Positions 10,294-18,893 of a DNA stretch of 64,000 nucleotides are shown here, piece by piece. The translations under genes were made by a program, and so were the position numbers. The stretch is from a candidate division WOR-3 bacterium (GTDB lineage Bacteria > Hydrothermota > Tepidihabitantia > SM23-42 > CAYGYG01), in assembly GCA_965648915.1 (NCBI GenBank), contig CBFGIV010000002.1:64001-128000 (forward strand), given 5' to 3'. Below the pieces are notes generated by a model. It was not told the origin of the DNA and did no database searches. It saw only the letters and a list, made by a program, of their open reading frames with translations. The stretch's first letter is position 1. The number at the start of each line of letters is the position of its first letter.

Positions 10294-10877
10294 TCCTTTC
10301 TCCAGATGATGGTCTTAGGTTCAGATTTTTTAATCAGACGCCTGATATTGGGTAGATGGGTGGAGAAGATCAACAGGACAACAATCAAGACGGCAATCTG
10401 ATTGACCGGATTTTTTTCGCCCCAGAGAAAGTTAAAAAAGGCAAAGGCAGTGGCGAAACATAATGAGGCAAGCGATACATAGAAAGTGGTGAGGTAGACG
10501 ATGATCCAGACCACAAGTCCAATTAAAAAAATCCTGGGAAATATTGACGCCAGGACCCCAATTGAAGTTGCTACGCCTTTACCACCACGGAATTTAAGGA
10601 AAGGGGTGAAGATATGTCCGAGGATTGCTCCCAGCCCGGCCAGAAAGGGATTGAGATTTAAAAATTTGCCGATCATAACTGCGGCTATCCCTTTCAGGGC
10701 ATCGAGCATGAAGACAAGCAAAAAATACTTTGGTCCGAGGGCCCGGCCAACATTGGTCGCACCAACATTGCCACTACCGAAATGGCGCAGATTGATATTT
10801 TTTATTCGGGCGATTAAAAAACCGAACGGAATCGAGCCGATGGCAAAACCAACCATTAGAACGATTACTTCGTTCAT
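10290..10877 (-). CDS. plsY: Glycerol-3-phosphate acyltransferase PlsY
   Basis: Motifs GSIPFG, GSGNVGATN, DALKG, GH, FRGGKGVAT, H.PNI.RL. Confidence 0.96.
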   Translation of the reverse strand: MNEVIVLMVGFAIGSIPFGFLIARIKNINLRHFGSGNVGATNVGRALGPKYFLLVFMLDALKGIAAVMIGKFLNLNPFLAGLGAILGHIFTPFLKFRGGKGVATSIGVLASIFPRIFLIGLVVWIIVYLTTFYVSLASLCFATAFAFFNFLWGEKNPVNQIAVLIVVLLIFSTHLPNIRRLIKKSEPKTIIWRKE

Positions 10878-10880
10878 CGA

Positions 10881-12164
10881 CTACCTCCCAACAATTCTGG
10901 TCTTGATAGTAATTGGATTACCGGTTAATCCAAAATAATTGTGCAGGGTGTTTTTCAGATATCTGAGATACTCCGGACTCAGACGATGGCTGGCCAGAGC
11001 AACAAAAGTAGGTGGTGCGATCGAGGTCTGTTTAAGATCGTAAAGGCGCGCTTTCCCCGGAGGTTGAAGCAATCCTTTAATTAGACTCTTGAGTGCCGAT
11101 CGATCGACCCATTTCTTCTGTTCATAAAATATTTCTATAGTTTTATCTAAGACGAGATCAATCCGTATTCCTTTTAAAGCGGAAATGGTTATGATCGGGA
11201 TCGATTTGAGAAACGGGGCAGAGGCATAGATCGTGCGACTAATCCGGGCCTGATCAGCCACTTTTGCCAGATCAATTTTATTGACGGCAATGATTAAGCC
11301 TTTATTTTTGGTGATTACCAGGTCTGCGATCTTTTTATCCTGATTGGTTAAGAGTTCAGCGATCTCAATAAGGAGCAGGGCAATATCACAGCGGTCGATG
11401 TGATTTATGGCCCGGATAACTGAATAGATTTCTATAGTCTCTTTTATCTTGGATTTCTTTCTCAAACCGGCCGAATCGGTAATTATAAAATTCTGATTCT
11501 TATATTTGAAATTGGCCATTAATAAGTCTCTGGTTGTGCCCGGTCTTTCATCAACGATTGCGCGTTCCCGGTTTAGTATTCTGTTGAATAATGTGGACTT
11601 ACCGACATTGGGACGGCCTAATATTAAGAGACGAATAGAATTATCCTGATCCCATTCCGGTGGTTTTTCTTCCGGAATAATTTTGATAATCTCATCGAGT
11701 AATTCGTCGACCCCGATCCCGTGCTCGGCTGAGATGGGAATGACTTTTTCTTTACCAAGGGCAAAGAATTCAGCCGCACGATCACGGTCTCGGGTATTAT
11801 CAATTTTATTTACCGCAACAATAAAGGGGACGCCACTCTTATGGAGCATCTTTGAGATTTCTGTATCTTCAGGATGGAGCCCGATCTTCCCATCGACCAG
11901 GAAGATAGTTGCCCGGGCCTCCTGCAGTGCATAAGTAACCTGAGTCTTTATCTTTGCGGAATAGAAGGAGTCATCAGATGAAAGGAGTCCGCCGGTATCG
12001 ACGACTTCGAAGGAACGGCCACGCCAGGAGGCGGTGCCATAAATTCGGTCGCGGGTCACCCCGGGGACTTTATGAACAAGAGCAAGTTTACGACCGACCA
12101 GACGGTTGAAGAGGGTTGATTTACCCACATTCGGTCTGCCGATAATCACAATTATGTTAGACAT
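10881..12164 (-). CDS. der: Ribosome biogenesis GTPase Der
   Basis: Two GTPase domains (GRPNVGKS twice, DTGG/DSAG, NKID twice) plus KH-like tail. Confidence 0.96.
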   Translation of the reverse strand: MSNIIVIIGRPNVGKSTLFNRLVGRKLALVHKVPGVTRDRIYGTASWRGRSFEVVDTGGLLSSDDSFYSAKIKTQVTYALQEARATIFLVDGKIGLHPEDTEISKMLHKSGVPFIVAVNKIDNTRDRDRAAEFFALGKEKVIPISAEHGIGVDELLDEIIKIIPEEKPPEWDQDNSIRLLILGRPNVGKSTLFNRILNRERAIVDERPGTTRDLLMANFKYKNQNFIITDSAGLRKKSKIKETIEIYSVIRAINHIDRCDIALLLIEIAELLTNQDKKIADLVITKNKGLIIAVNKIDLAKVADQARISRTIYASAPFLKSIPIITISALKGIRIDLVLDKTIEIFYEQKKWVDRSALKSLIKGLLQPPGKARLYDLKQTSIAPPTFVALASHRLSPEYLRYLKNTLHNYFGLTGNPITIKTRIVGR

Positions 12165-13369
12165 CTTACCAACTCTTCCAGCGAGGCAGGTGCAACTATT
12201 ACCCGGTTCTGGTCAAAATCTTCAATCTTCCCGTTGTTGATGAACCGACCATCCTCGTTGACACAATTGGGCGGCAGGATGATGCGATCGAATTTATGAT
12301 TAATGGTTTTTCTAATATCCTGAGCAGTAAGCAGTCCGGAAACTGTGACTTTTGGGCCGAAGAATCGATTCTCCACAACCCGGACAGTTCCACTGCCTAA
12401 TTTAGATGCAAGGAGTTTTATCAGGGGGGCAGCAAGTTTCCCGGTGATGAAGAGAAATTTTCCCCGGTGTGGTCTGACCTTCAGTGACTCAAGTTGCTTG
12501 AGAAAAGAGGCGGCCATACCAATGCCATTTTCTAATTGAGGAAAGTCATCATAGGAAAGATAATCAGGCAGTGAGATACTACCTTTCAGGTAGAATTCAT
12601 CCGCCAGATAGACAAATCCCTTTTTTATCTTTTTCCGGTAGAAATTCTGCATTGAATGAATCTGCTTAATTATTCTCACTGCATAGTCGGTAGTAATTTC
12701 AGGCAGCGGTTGTTTGCTGTATCGGGTATCACCGGCGGGAACGATACCGATCGAAGCAACTCCGGGGAATAACTTATAAAGGTCACCAATTGTCATTTTC
12801 AATTCTTTACCATCATTGACACCCGGAATCAAGACGATTTGACAGTGGAGGGTTATATTAGACTCAACTAACTTTTCAAGGATGGGAATAATTTTTGCTG
12901 CTGAAGGGTTTTTGAAGATTCGAGCACGCAGTTCGGGGTTGGTCGAATGAACCGAGATGTATAGAGGGCTCAATCTTAATCTTCTTATCCGGTCTAAGTC
13001 ATTATCGGTAATGTTGGTGAGGGTGATAAAATTGCCATAGAGGAAGGAGAGCCGGTAATCGTCGTCTTTGAAATATAACTCTTTTCTGAGCCCTGGAGGA
13101 AGGCGGTCGATAAAACAGAAGAAACAACGATTTTGACAACGCTGATATTTTGGGTTTTCGAATATTAAAGGTAGCGATCGCCCCTCTGTTTTTAATCTGA
13201 TCTTCAGATCTATCTCTTTGTCATCTCGAACTAAATCAAATTTTATCGTGCGCATACCCGAAGTGTAAAAATAGATATCGAGGAAGTCATTGACTTTATT
13301 ACCATTTATGGTTTTGATGAAATCGCCTTTCTTGATGCCCGGAAGAGATGAGGAGGAGACCCTGACCAT
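12152..13369 (-). CDS. PDZ + radical SAM-like + DUF512 protein
   Basis: CQNRCFFC cluster motif, KDDDYRLSFLYGNFITL, QLENGIG, FFG..VTVSGLL. Confidence 0.88.
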   Translation of the reverse strand: MVRVSSSSLPGIKKGDFIKTINGNKVNDFLDIYFYTSGMRTIKFDLVRDDKEIDLKIRLKTEGRSLPLIFENPKYQRCQNRCFFCFIDRLPPGLRKELYFKDDDYRLSFLYGNFITLTNITDNDLDRIRRLRLSPLYISVHSTNPELRARIFKNPSAAKIIPILEKLVESNITLHCQIVLIPGVNDGKELKMTIGDLYKLFPGVASIGIVPAGDTRYSKQPLPEITTDYAVRIIKQIHSMQNFYRKKIKKGFVYLADEFYLKGSISLPDYLSYDDFPQLENGIGMAASFLKQLESLKVRPHRGKFLFITGKLAAPLIKLLASKLGSGTVRVVENRFFGPKVTVSGLLTAQDIRKTINHKFDRIILPPNCVNEDGRFINNGKIEDFDQNRVIVAPASLEELVRCLT

Positions 13370-13390
13370 ATTTTATGAAAAAATTAATTG

Positions 13391-13419
13391 TTGACAAGTG
13401 CCTGGATTATAAATAGACT
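13391..13419 (+). promoter_or_regulatory. Promoter for tRNA-Leu
   Basis: TTGACA-N17-TAGACT, 8 nt before the tRNA. Confidence 0.6.
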
Positions 13420-13427
13420 GATCCCGA

Positions 13428-13509
13428 GCCGGGGTGGTGGAATTGGCAGACACATACGTTTGAGGGGCGTAGGGCGCAAGCCGTGCGGGTTCAAATCCCG
13501 CCCCCGGCA
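13428..13509 (+). tRNA. tRNA-Leu(GAG), CCA not encoded
   Basis: Acceptor GCCGGGG/CCCCGGC; anticodon arm TACGT-TTGAGGG-GCGTA; long variable arm; T-loop TTCAAAT; discriminator A. Confidence 0.97.
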
Positions 13510-13790
13510 GTATAACAGATAGATAAAAGATTGTGAGTAAGAAGTAAAACATAGATTACGCTATAATTAATGCGCTCAAGAGAATTTAGGCGCTATCATC
13601 GATAAAGAACAAAAATTATACATATAACTCGATTGAAGTCAAGGTTTAATAAAGCTGATTTTTTCTAATTTTTCAAAATATGATTATTTAGAAGGAGATT
13701 TTAAACCGGTTTCTATATTTTTTTTTACTGATTTTTTTACTGATTGTTCAGGTGTGGCCTTATACTAACGAATGCTTTTTAAACATTCTA

Positions 13791-13818
13791 TTGACATAAC
13801 ACCATTTATCAATATAAT
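13791..13818 (+). promoter_or_regulatory. Consensus sigma70 promoter
   Basis: TTGACA-N16-TATAAT, then AGGAGG SD and GTG at 13842. Confidence 0.75.
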
Positions 13819-13841
13819 GGGTGGTCAAATCAGGAGGTATT

Positions 13842-15029
13842 GTGACTAATCTTCACTTTAATTATAAAGATGTATTTCGAGCCGGGCGTTTAGGCTTTAG
13901 TGCAAAGAAGATGTGGATTCAATTTTTAGGGTTTCTTATCGCCTATGCAGGTTATATAATTTTTTCTTATCTCGCCCACATCGTTGCTGGTCAGAGTATT
14001 AGCAATGTCTGGAGCGTTTATCGACTCGTTCCATTATATCCAGCCGGGTTGACCTGGTATTCGTGGGTGATCTGGGCAGTGGGTCTGGTATGGTGGATTG
14101 CAGCAGTTTTAATTTTTGGGGTAGCTGTCTCCAAGGTGACATTCGAACAGTTACGGGGTGATGAGTTTTTTGAGATAAAAGAAGCAATTAAATTTGCCTT
14201 TACCACCGGAAAGTCGGCTATCATTGCTCCTTTTGTTCTGCTTCTCTTTATCATTATTTTGACCATTATGGGGCTCTGCCTTTCGCTAATTGGTTCGATT
14301 CCCTATTTTGGGGAACTCTTCGTGCTGGTGATGGCCATACCGGCATTTGCCGTCTCCCTCTTTATCATGTATCTTTTCCTGGTATTCTTCGTCGCAATCA
14401 TTATCAGCCCCGCTATCGTTGGGACAACCAAGGGAGATACCTTTGATACGCTCTTTGAGGCATTTTCCGTGTTGAATGACCAACCATGGCGTCTAATCGG
14501 TTACGAAGCGTTACTCGGTGTGGTCAAGGTAATCGGAGTAGCGATACTCGGTTTCTTTTCCGCCAAAGCGATTTTCTTTGCCCACACGGTACTGAAGATA
14601 TTTATGGGTTTGAAACTGGATGATATTTTCTTTAACGCTGCCTACTATGTCAAGGTCAACCTCCCGGCTATCTGCCCGGAGCGATGCGTAAGCTGGATAA
14701 CTCTCTATCTTGAACGGATCGGGATGATTAATCTCCTTTATCCGCCCGAATATACTACGTTCAATATGCACTGGGCAAAGGTGATCTCGGCCTTTGGTTT
14801 GGGTATGATTTATTATTTGATTATCCTCTTTGTTTTGTCGCTCGGTGCGGCAATATTCTGGTCGGGCAATACGGTTATCTTTACGGTCCTGGTGAAGAAA
14901 AAAGACGACAAGAATTTACTGGAAGTTAAAGAAGAGGAACCATTGACGACTGAAGAAAAACCGAAGGAAGCGACATCGGAAGAAGAGAAAGAGAAGAAAA
15001 GAGGCAGAACGAAGAAGGCAAAAGAATAA
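13842..15029 (+). CDS. Multi-pass membrane protein of unknown function with charged C-terminal tail
   Basis: Several hydrophobic segments; AGGAGG SD favours GTG 13842 over 13821. Confidence 0.75.
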   Translation: MTNLHFNYKDVFRAGRLGFSAKKMWIQFLGFLIAYAGYIIFSYLAHIVAGQSISNVWSVYRLVPLYPAGLTWYSWVIWAVGLVWWIAAVLIFGVAVSKVTFEQLRGDEFFEIKEAIKFAFTTGKSAIIAPFVLLLFIIILTIMGLCLSLIGSIPYFGELFVLVMAIPAFAVSLFIMYLFLVFFVAIIISPAIVGTTKGDTFDTLFEAFSVLNDQPWRLIGYEALLGVVKVIGVAILGFFSAKAIFFAHTVLKIFMGLKLDDIFFNAAYYVKVNLPAICPERCVSWITLYLERIGMINLLYPPEYTTFNMHWAKVISAFGLGMIYYLIILFVLSLGAAIFWSGNTVIFTVLVKKKDDKNLLEVKEEEPLTTEEKPKEATSEEEKEKKRGRTKKAKE

Positions 15030-15081
15030 GAAATATTTTTAAATTTTGAAAATTTATAAATTCTGGGGGGAATGAGAAGAT

Positions 15082-15957
15082 ATGCGGGCCGGTTATATAT
15101 CGATAATCGGATTTCCCAATGTAGGTAAATCGACTCTGCTCAATCGATTTTTGAGTTTAAAGTTGTCCATCGTCTCAAGAAAACCGCAGACGACACGCAG
15201 TAGGATCCTGGGTATTTTAACGGAAGGGGATTGTCAGGCGGTTTTTATCGATACCCCCGGGCTGATCGATCCGAAGTATGAGTTACACACAGTAATGCTT
15301 AATGAGATAAAAAGTGCTGTGAGCACAGCCGACCTTATATTATGGCTGACAGATATAGATGTTGATCTCAATCAGGAGAGAAGATATAGAGACAGGCTAA
15401 ATTTACATAATCCGGTTTTAGCCATTAATAAGATCGATCGGGTTAAAGAGAAAGAAAATTTACTACCCCGGATTGAATTCTACCGTCAATCAGGGTTTGA
15501 TGATATTTTTCTGATCTCGGCCCTTACCGGCGAGGGGGTAGAGGACTTGAAAAAAACAATTTTGAAGAATTTGCCCGAAGGTCCTTTCTTCTTCCCCGAA
15601 GATCAGTTGACCGAACAGCCAGAAAGATTTTTTGTCAGTGAGTTAATCCGGGAGCAGGTTTTTGAAAATTACGGCGAAGAGATTCCCTACGCCACTTTTG
15701 TTGTGGTCGAAGAGTTTAAAGAACGGGAAAAGGGTAAAATATATATCCGGGCAGTTGTCTATGTTGAAAAGGATTCCCAGAAAGGCATTATCATCGGCCG
15801 GAAAGGTGAGGGGCTTAAAAAGATCGGTATTAAAGCCCGGCAAGCGATTGAAGAGTTTTTGAGTCGCGAAGTCTTTCTTGACCTCTGGGTTAAGGTTAAG
15901 AAAAACTGGCGCTCCCGACGGGAGATCATAAGTAGTTTGATGCGGGGTGAAATGTGA
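15082..15957 (+). CDS. era: GTPase Era
   Basis: Motifs GFPNVGKST, KPQTTR, DTPG, NKID, EEIPY, KH motif GIIIGRKG. Confidence 0.97.
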   Translation: MRAGYISIIGFPNVGKSTLLNRFLSLKLSIVSRKPQTTRSRILGILTEGDCQAVFIDTPGLIDPKYELHTVMLNEIKSAVSTADLILWLTDIDVDLNQERRYRDRLNLHNPVLAINKIDRVKEKENLLPRIEFYRQSGFDDIFLISALTGEGVEDLKKTILKNLPEGPFFFPEDQLTEQPERFFVSELIREQVFENYGEEIPYATFVVVEEFKEREKGKIYIRAVVYVEKDSQKGIIIGRKGEGLKKIGIKARQAIEEFLSREVFLDLWVKVKKNWRSRREIISSLMRGEM

Positions 15958-16002
15958 TTGATATTTTGTTCGACGAATGAGATGGTCGGTTGATTTCTCG
16001 AC

Positions 16003-16030
16003 TTGACTTTGGTCAGGTTTATACTATAAT
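16003..16030 (+). promoter_or_regulatory. sigma70 promoter for ftsB-like/ricT/mazG/rsmG
   Basis: TTGACT-N16-TATAAT. Confidence 0.65.
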
Positions 16031-16078
16031 AAATCTGCTTTTGGTATAGTTTTTTAATCTTAACAGTTTGAAAGTTCA

Positions 16079-16399
16079 ATGGTATATTCCTGGCAAGACA
16101 GAACTTCAAAAAAGAGAAAGCGGAATCGGCTACTACTTCTGATCATTGTGATTGTTGTTGTCACCCTGCCCCTTTTTGTTGGAAGTGCCGGGTTAATAAG
16201 GATTACAAAATTGAAGAGAGAGAAACGTATCCTTCAGAAGCAGATATTGATTCTTAAGGCAGAAAAGGAAGTTATTGATCAAAGGATTGAGCGGTATCTA
16301 CATGATAATGAATTGATTGAACGGAAGGCCAGAGATGAATTGAAGATGATTAAAGATGGTGAGAAGGTCTATCAATTACAGCCCGTAAAAAAATTATGA
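16079..16399 (+). CDS. ftsB: Septum formation initiator (FtsB/DivIC family)
   Basis: Basic N-terminus, one TM helix, coiled coil, IERKARDELKMIKDGEKVY. Confidence 0.8.
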   Translation: MVYSWQDRTSKKRKRNRLLLLIIVIVVVTLPLFVGSAGLIRITKLKREKRILQKQILILKAEKEVIDQRIERYLHDNELIERKARDELKMIKDGEKVYQLQPVKKL

Positions 16400-17181
16400 A
16401 ACACTGGGAAGTTGAGATAACCCCATTTCGCATTGAAACCTGTGAAGAGACTGAAGCACTGGAATTAAAAGTAAATGATACAGTAATTATTCAAAGCGAT
16501 GAAGGCGATGATGCTGGTAAACTCAAGCAGGTCTCCCAGTATGAAGATGTTTATGGCCGTATTGTTCGGAAGGCGGATGAAGTTGACCTGGCAAAGATTG
16601 AAGCACACCGACAGAAATGTCGTGATCTGCTGGGCATCTTCCGAAAGCAGATCGAGATATTTGATTTGCCGATGAAACCAGTCTATGCCCACTATCAATT
16701 TGATGGAGAGCGGGTTCTTTTTTACTTTACCGCCGAACATCGGGTTGATTTTCGGAAACTCCACAAGGCGATCTCCCAGCAACTCAATACCCGGGTTGTG
16801 ATTAAACAGGTCGGGGTCAGGGACTTTTCCAAAATTTATGGCGGGATTGGTCCTTGTGGACGGGAATTGTGCTGTGCAAAATTTTTGACCGAGTTAAAGC
16901 CGATCACAATGCGGATGGCCCGGGAGCAAAATCTTTATGTTTCATCGGCCAAACTGACCGGGGCTTGTGGAAAGTTAATCTGCTGTCTTGATTATGAAGA
17001 CGAAGTATATCGAGAGGCAATCGAAAAGTTTCCGAGAATCGGGGAGAAGATTATTTATCAAAACTATCAGGCCGAGGTTATTGGTAATGACATCTTTAAT
17101 GAAAAAGTGAATCTCAAATTATCCGACGGCACTGAACTGATGGTCGCTTTGAAGGAAGTAAAACAATTATTGAAGAGATAG
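16396..17181 (+). CDS. ricT: PSP1-domain protein (RicT/YaaT family)
   Basis: Motifs FYFTAEHRVDFR, GGIGPCGRELCC, GACGKLICCLDYE. Confidence 0.88.
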   Translation: MKHWEVEITPFRIETCEETEALELKVNDTVIIQSDEGDDAGKLKQVSQYEDVYGRIVRKADEVDLAKIEAHRQKCRDLLGIFRKQIEIFDLPMKPVYAHYQFDGERVLFYFTAEHRVDFRKLHKAISQQLNTRVVIKQVGVRDFSKIYGGIGPCGRELCCAKFLTELKPITMRMAREQNLYVSSAKLTGACGKLICCLDYEDEVYREAIEKFPRIGEKIIYQNYQAEVIGNDIFNEKVNLKLSDGTELMVALKEVKQLLKR

Positions 17182-17198
17182 TAAAATTAGTCGATCGT

Positions 17199-17939
17199 TT
17201 GAGAAGGGAATGCCCCTGGGACCGGGCCCAGACCCTTCGCTCAATTCGACAAAATCTGATTGAGGAAGTTTATGAGTTGATCGAAGGTATCGACGAAGGG
17301 GATAAGGATAAGATTGAAGAAGAGCTCGGCGACTTATTATTCCTCAGTCTCTTCGCTATCAGGATCGCTCGTGATGAGAGGGTCATAAAAGAGAAAGATT
17401 TCTATAAAAAGATGCTGACCAAGTATCAAAGGCGTCATCCCCATGTTTTTGGTAAAAAGAGGGTTGTTGATAAAGAAGATGTTTTGCGGCTATGGCAGGA
17501 AAGGAAGAAAGGTATCTTTGATGGTATCCCGGAGACTCTGCCTTCATTGATTCAGGCCCGACTGATACAGGAACGGGCGAGTCGATATAAATTCGACTGG
17601 TCCGATGTAAATGGACCTCTAAAGAAAATTTTCGAAGAGATTGCTGAATTACAGAGAGCAATAAAAAGTGGTCAGGGGAGGGAGATCACAATAGAACTCG
17701 GAGATCTCCTGTTCAGTATCGTCAATCTCAGTCGATTTCTCAAAATCGATGCAGAACTGGCACTGCGCGCGACCAACCGTAAGTTTATTGGGCGTTTTCA
17801 AAAAATAATTCATAAGTTGGAAGAGAGGGGAAGAGACCCCAAAAAATCAAATCTTGTTGAGATGGATCGGATCTGGGAAGAAGTTAAGAAGCAAAAGCCG
17901 ATAAGGAAACGATCGGATAAGCCGAGGAGTTCTGATTAA
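17199..17939 (+). CDS. mazG: Nucleoside triphosphate pyrophosphohydrolase MazG (true start may be ATT 17166 or 17169)
   Basis: Motifs CPWDRAQT, EEVYEL, EELGDLL, RRHPHVF, second ELGDLLF, NRKF..RF. Confidence 0.93.
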   Translation: MRRECPWDRAQTLRSIRQNLIEEVYELIEGIDEGDKDKIEEELGDLLFLSLFAIRIARDERVIKEKDFYKKMLTKYQRRHPHVFGKKRVVDKEDVLRLWQERKKGIFDGIPETLPSLIQARLIQERASRYKFDWSDVNGPLKKIFEEIAELQRAIKSGQGREITIELGDLLFSIVNLSRFLKIDAELALRATNRKFIGRFQKIIHKLEERGRDPKKSNLVEMDRIWEEVKKQKPIRKRSDKPRSSD

Positions 17940-17994
17940 AGATCCAGAGATTATCGGTGAAGTTGAGAGACAGATTGGAGATCTGATAAGGGGG

Positions 17995-18606
17995 TTGAAA
18001 CTCCTCAAGATTGACTTTGACGATAGCCATATTGAGAAGTTTAAAAAGTATCTTGAAATCCTTTATGAATTCAGGGGTAAATTAAATCTTATCGCCGATG
18101 GCGATTATCCTTATATTGCTGTGCGACATTTTCTTGAATCACTGCTGGCCCTGCCTTATCTCCCTCCAGGAATCTTTTCCGGTTGTGATCTTGGCGCGGG
18201 TGCTGGCTTTCCAGGTCTGCCTCTTAAGATAATGCGGTCCGAGATGGATCTCACCCTGATTGAATCTAAGAAGAAAAAGGCACTGTTTCTTAACAGATTG
18301 ATTGTTCATTGCCAAATTATTGGGGTTTCCGTCCTCGCAACCCGGGCTGAGTCGATTAAAAATAGAAAGTTTGATGTTATCTTCTGCCGGGCAGTAGGTA
18401 GAATTAGAGATGTGATAGATTGTGCATCTTCTCTCTCTACTCAGAATGGAATAATCGTTTTTTATAAAAGTCATAATGTCGAGGAAGAGATTGGGGAAGC
18501 AAAGAGATTATTTATCAAGTTTGGATTGAAGATCTCGAAGATTGATAAACTCTATTCACCCATTGAACACCGCCCTATTGCCTTGGTTATAATTGAGCAT
18601 TCTTAA
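17995..18606 (+). CDS. rsmG: 16S rRNA m7G527 methyltransferase RsmG (start may lie upstream)
   Basis: Motifs RHFLESL, DLGAGAGFPG, LIESKKKK, RAE, RAV. Confidence 0.92.
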   Translation: MKLLKIDFDDSHIEKFKKYLEILYEFRGKLNLIADGDYPYIAVRHFLESLLALPYLPPGIFSGCDLGAGAGFPGLPLKIMRSEMDLTLIESKKKKALFLNRLIVHCQIIGVSVLATRAESIKNRKFDVIFCRAVGRIRDVIDCASSLSTQNGIIVFYKSHNVEEEIGEAKRLFIKFGLKISKIDKLYSPIEHRPIALVIIEHS

Positions 18607-18640
18607 TGTTGCCCAGAATTATTCATCGATGACGATATTT

Positions 18641-18665
18641 CGTTCTGAGCGAAGCGGAGAATCTC
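18641..18665. repeat. Short REP-like hairpin motif (TTCTGAGCGAAGCGGAGAATCT)
   Basis: GC-GAA-GC mini-hairpin inside TTCT/AGAA arms; resembles a dispersed intergenic repeat family recalled from other bacteria; single copy here. Confidence 0.4.
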
Positions 18666-18750
18666 ATCCTTTCTTATCTCACCATAATTACCTTTTCTCC
18701 CCTTCCAGAATCCTTATCCCGAACCCTAACCCTATCAACCATTTTTAACC

Positions 18751-18795
18751 AAATAGACTAAACAGACCAAATAGACCAGACAGACCAAACAGACC
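18751..18795. repeat. Tandem 9-bp repeat x5 (ARAYAGACY)
   Basis: aaatagact aaacagacc aaatagacc agacagacc aaacagacc in the convergent rsmG/ftsK gap. Confidence 0.85.
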
Positions 18796-18893
18796 AGATC
18801 TTGGGCAGGTCTTGAATTTTGAAATTGGGTAAGGATAGCATGGCTGTCCAAATATACAGAGATAGCCAATTAAATGGAGATAGAATTTCAAGG

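Noticed and set aside
13370..13397. Divergent promoter TTGTCA-N16-TAAAAT for the DUF512 gene
   Set aside because: The -10 box abuts the ATG, so the transcript would start inside the gene; probably a mirror of the tRNA promoter.
13428..13800. Integrated element at tRNA-Leu or tRNA-Pro
   Set aside because: No integrase, and no duplicated tRNA 3' end seen; flanking genes are housekeeping.
18751..18795. CRISPR array
   Set aside because: Contiguous 9-bp units with no spacers and no cas genes.
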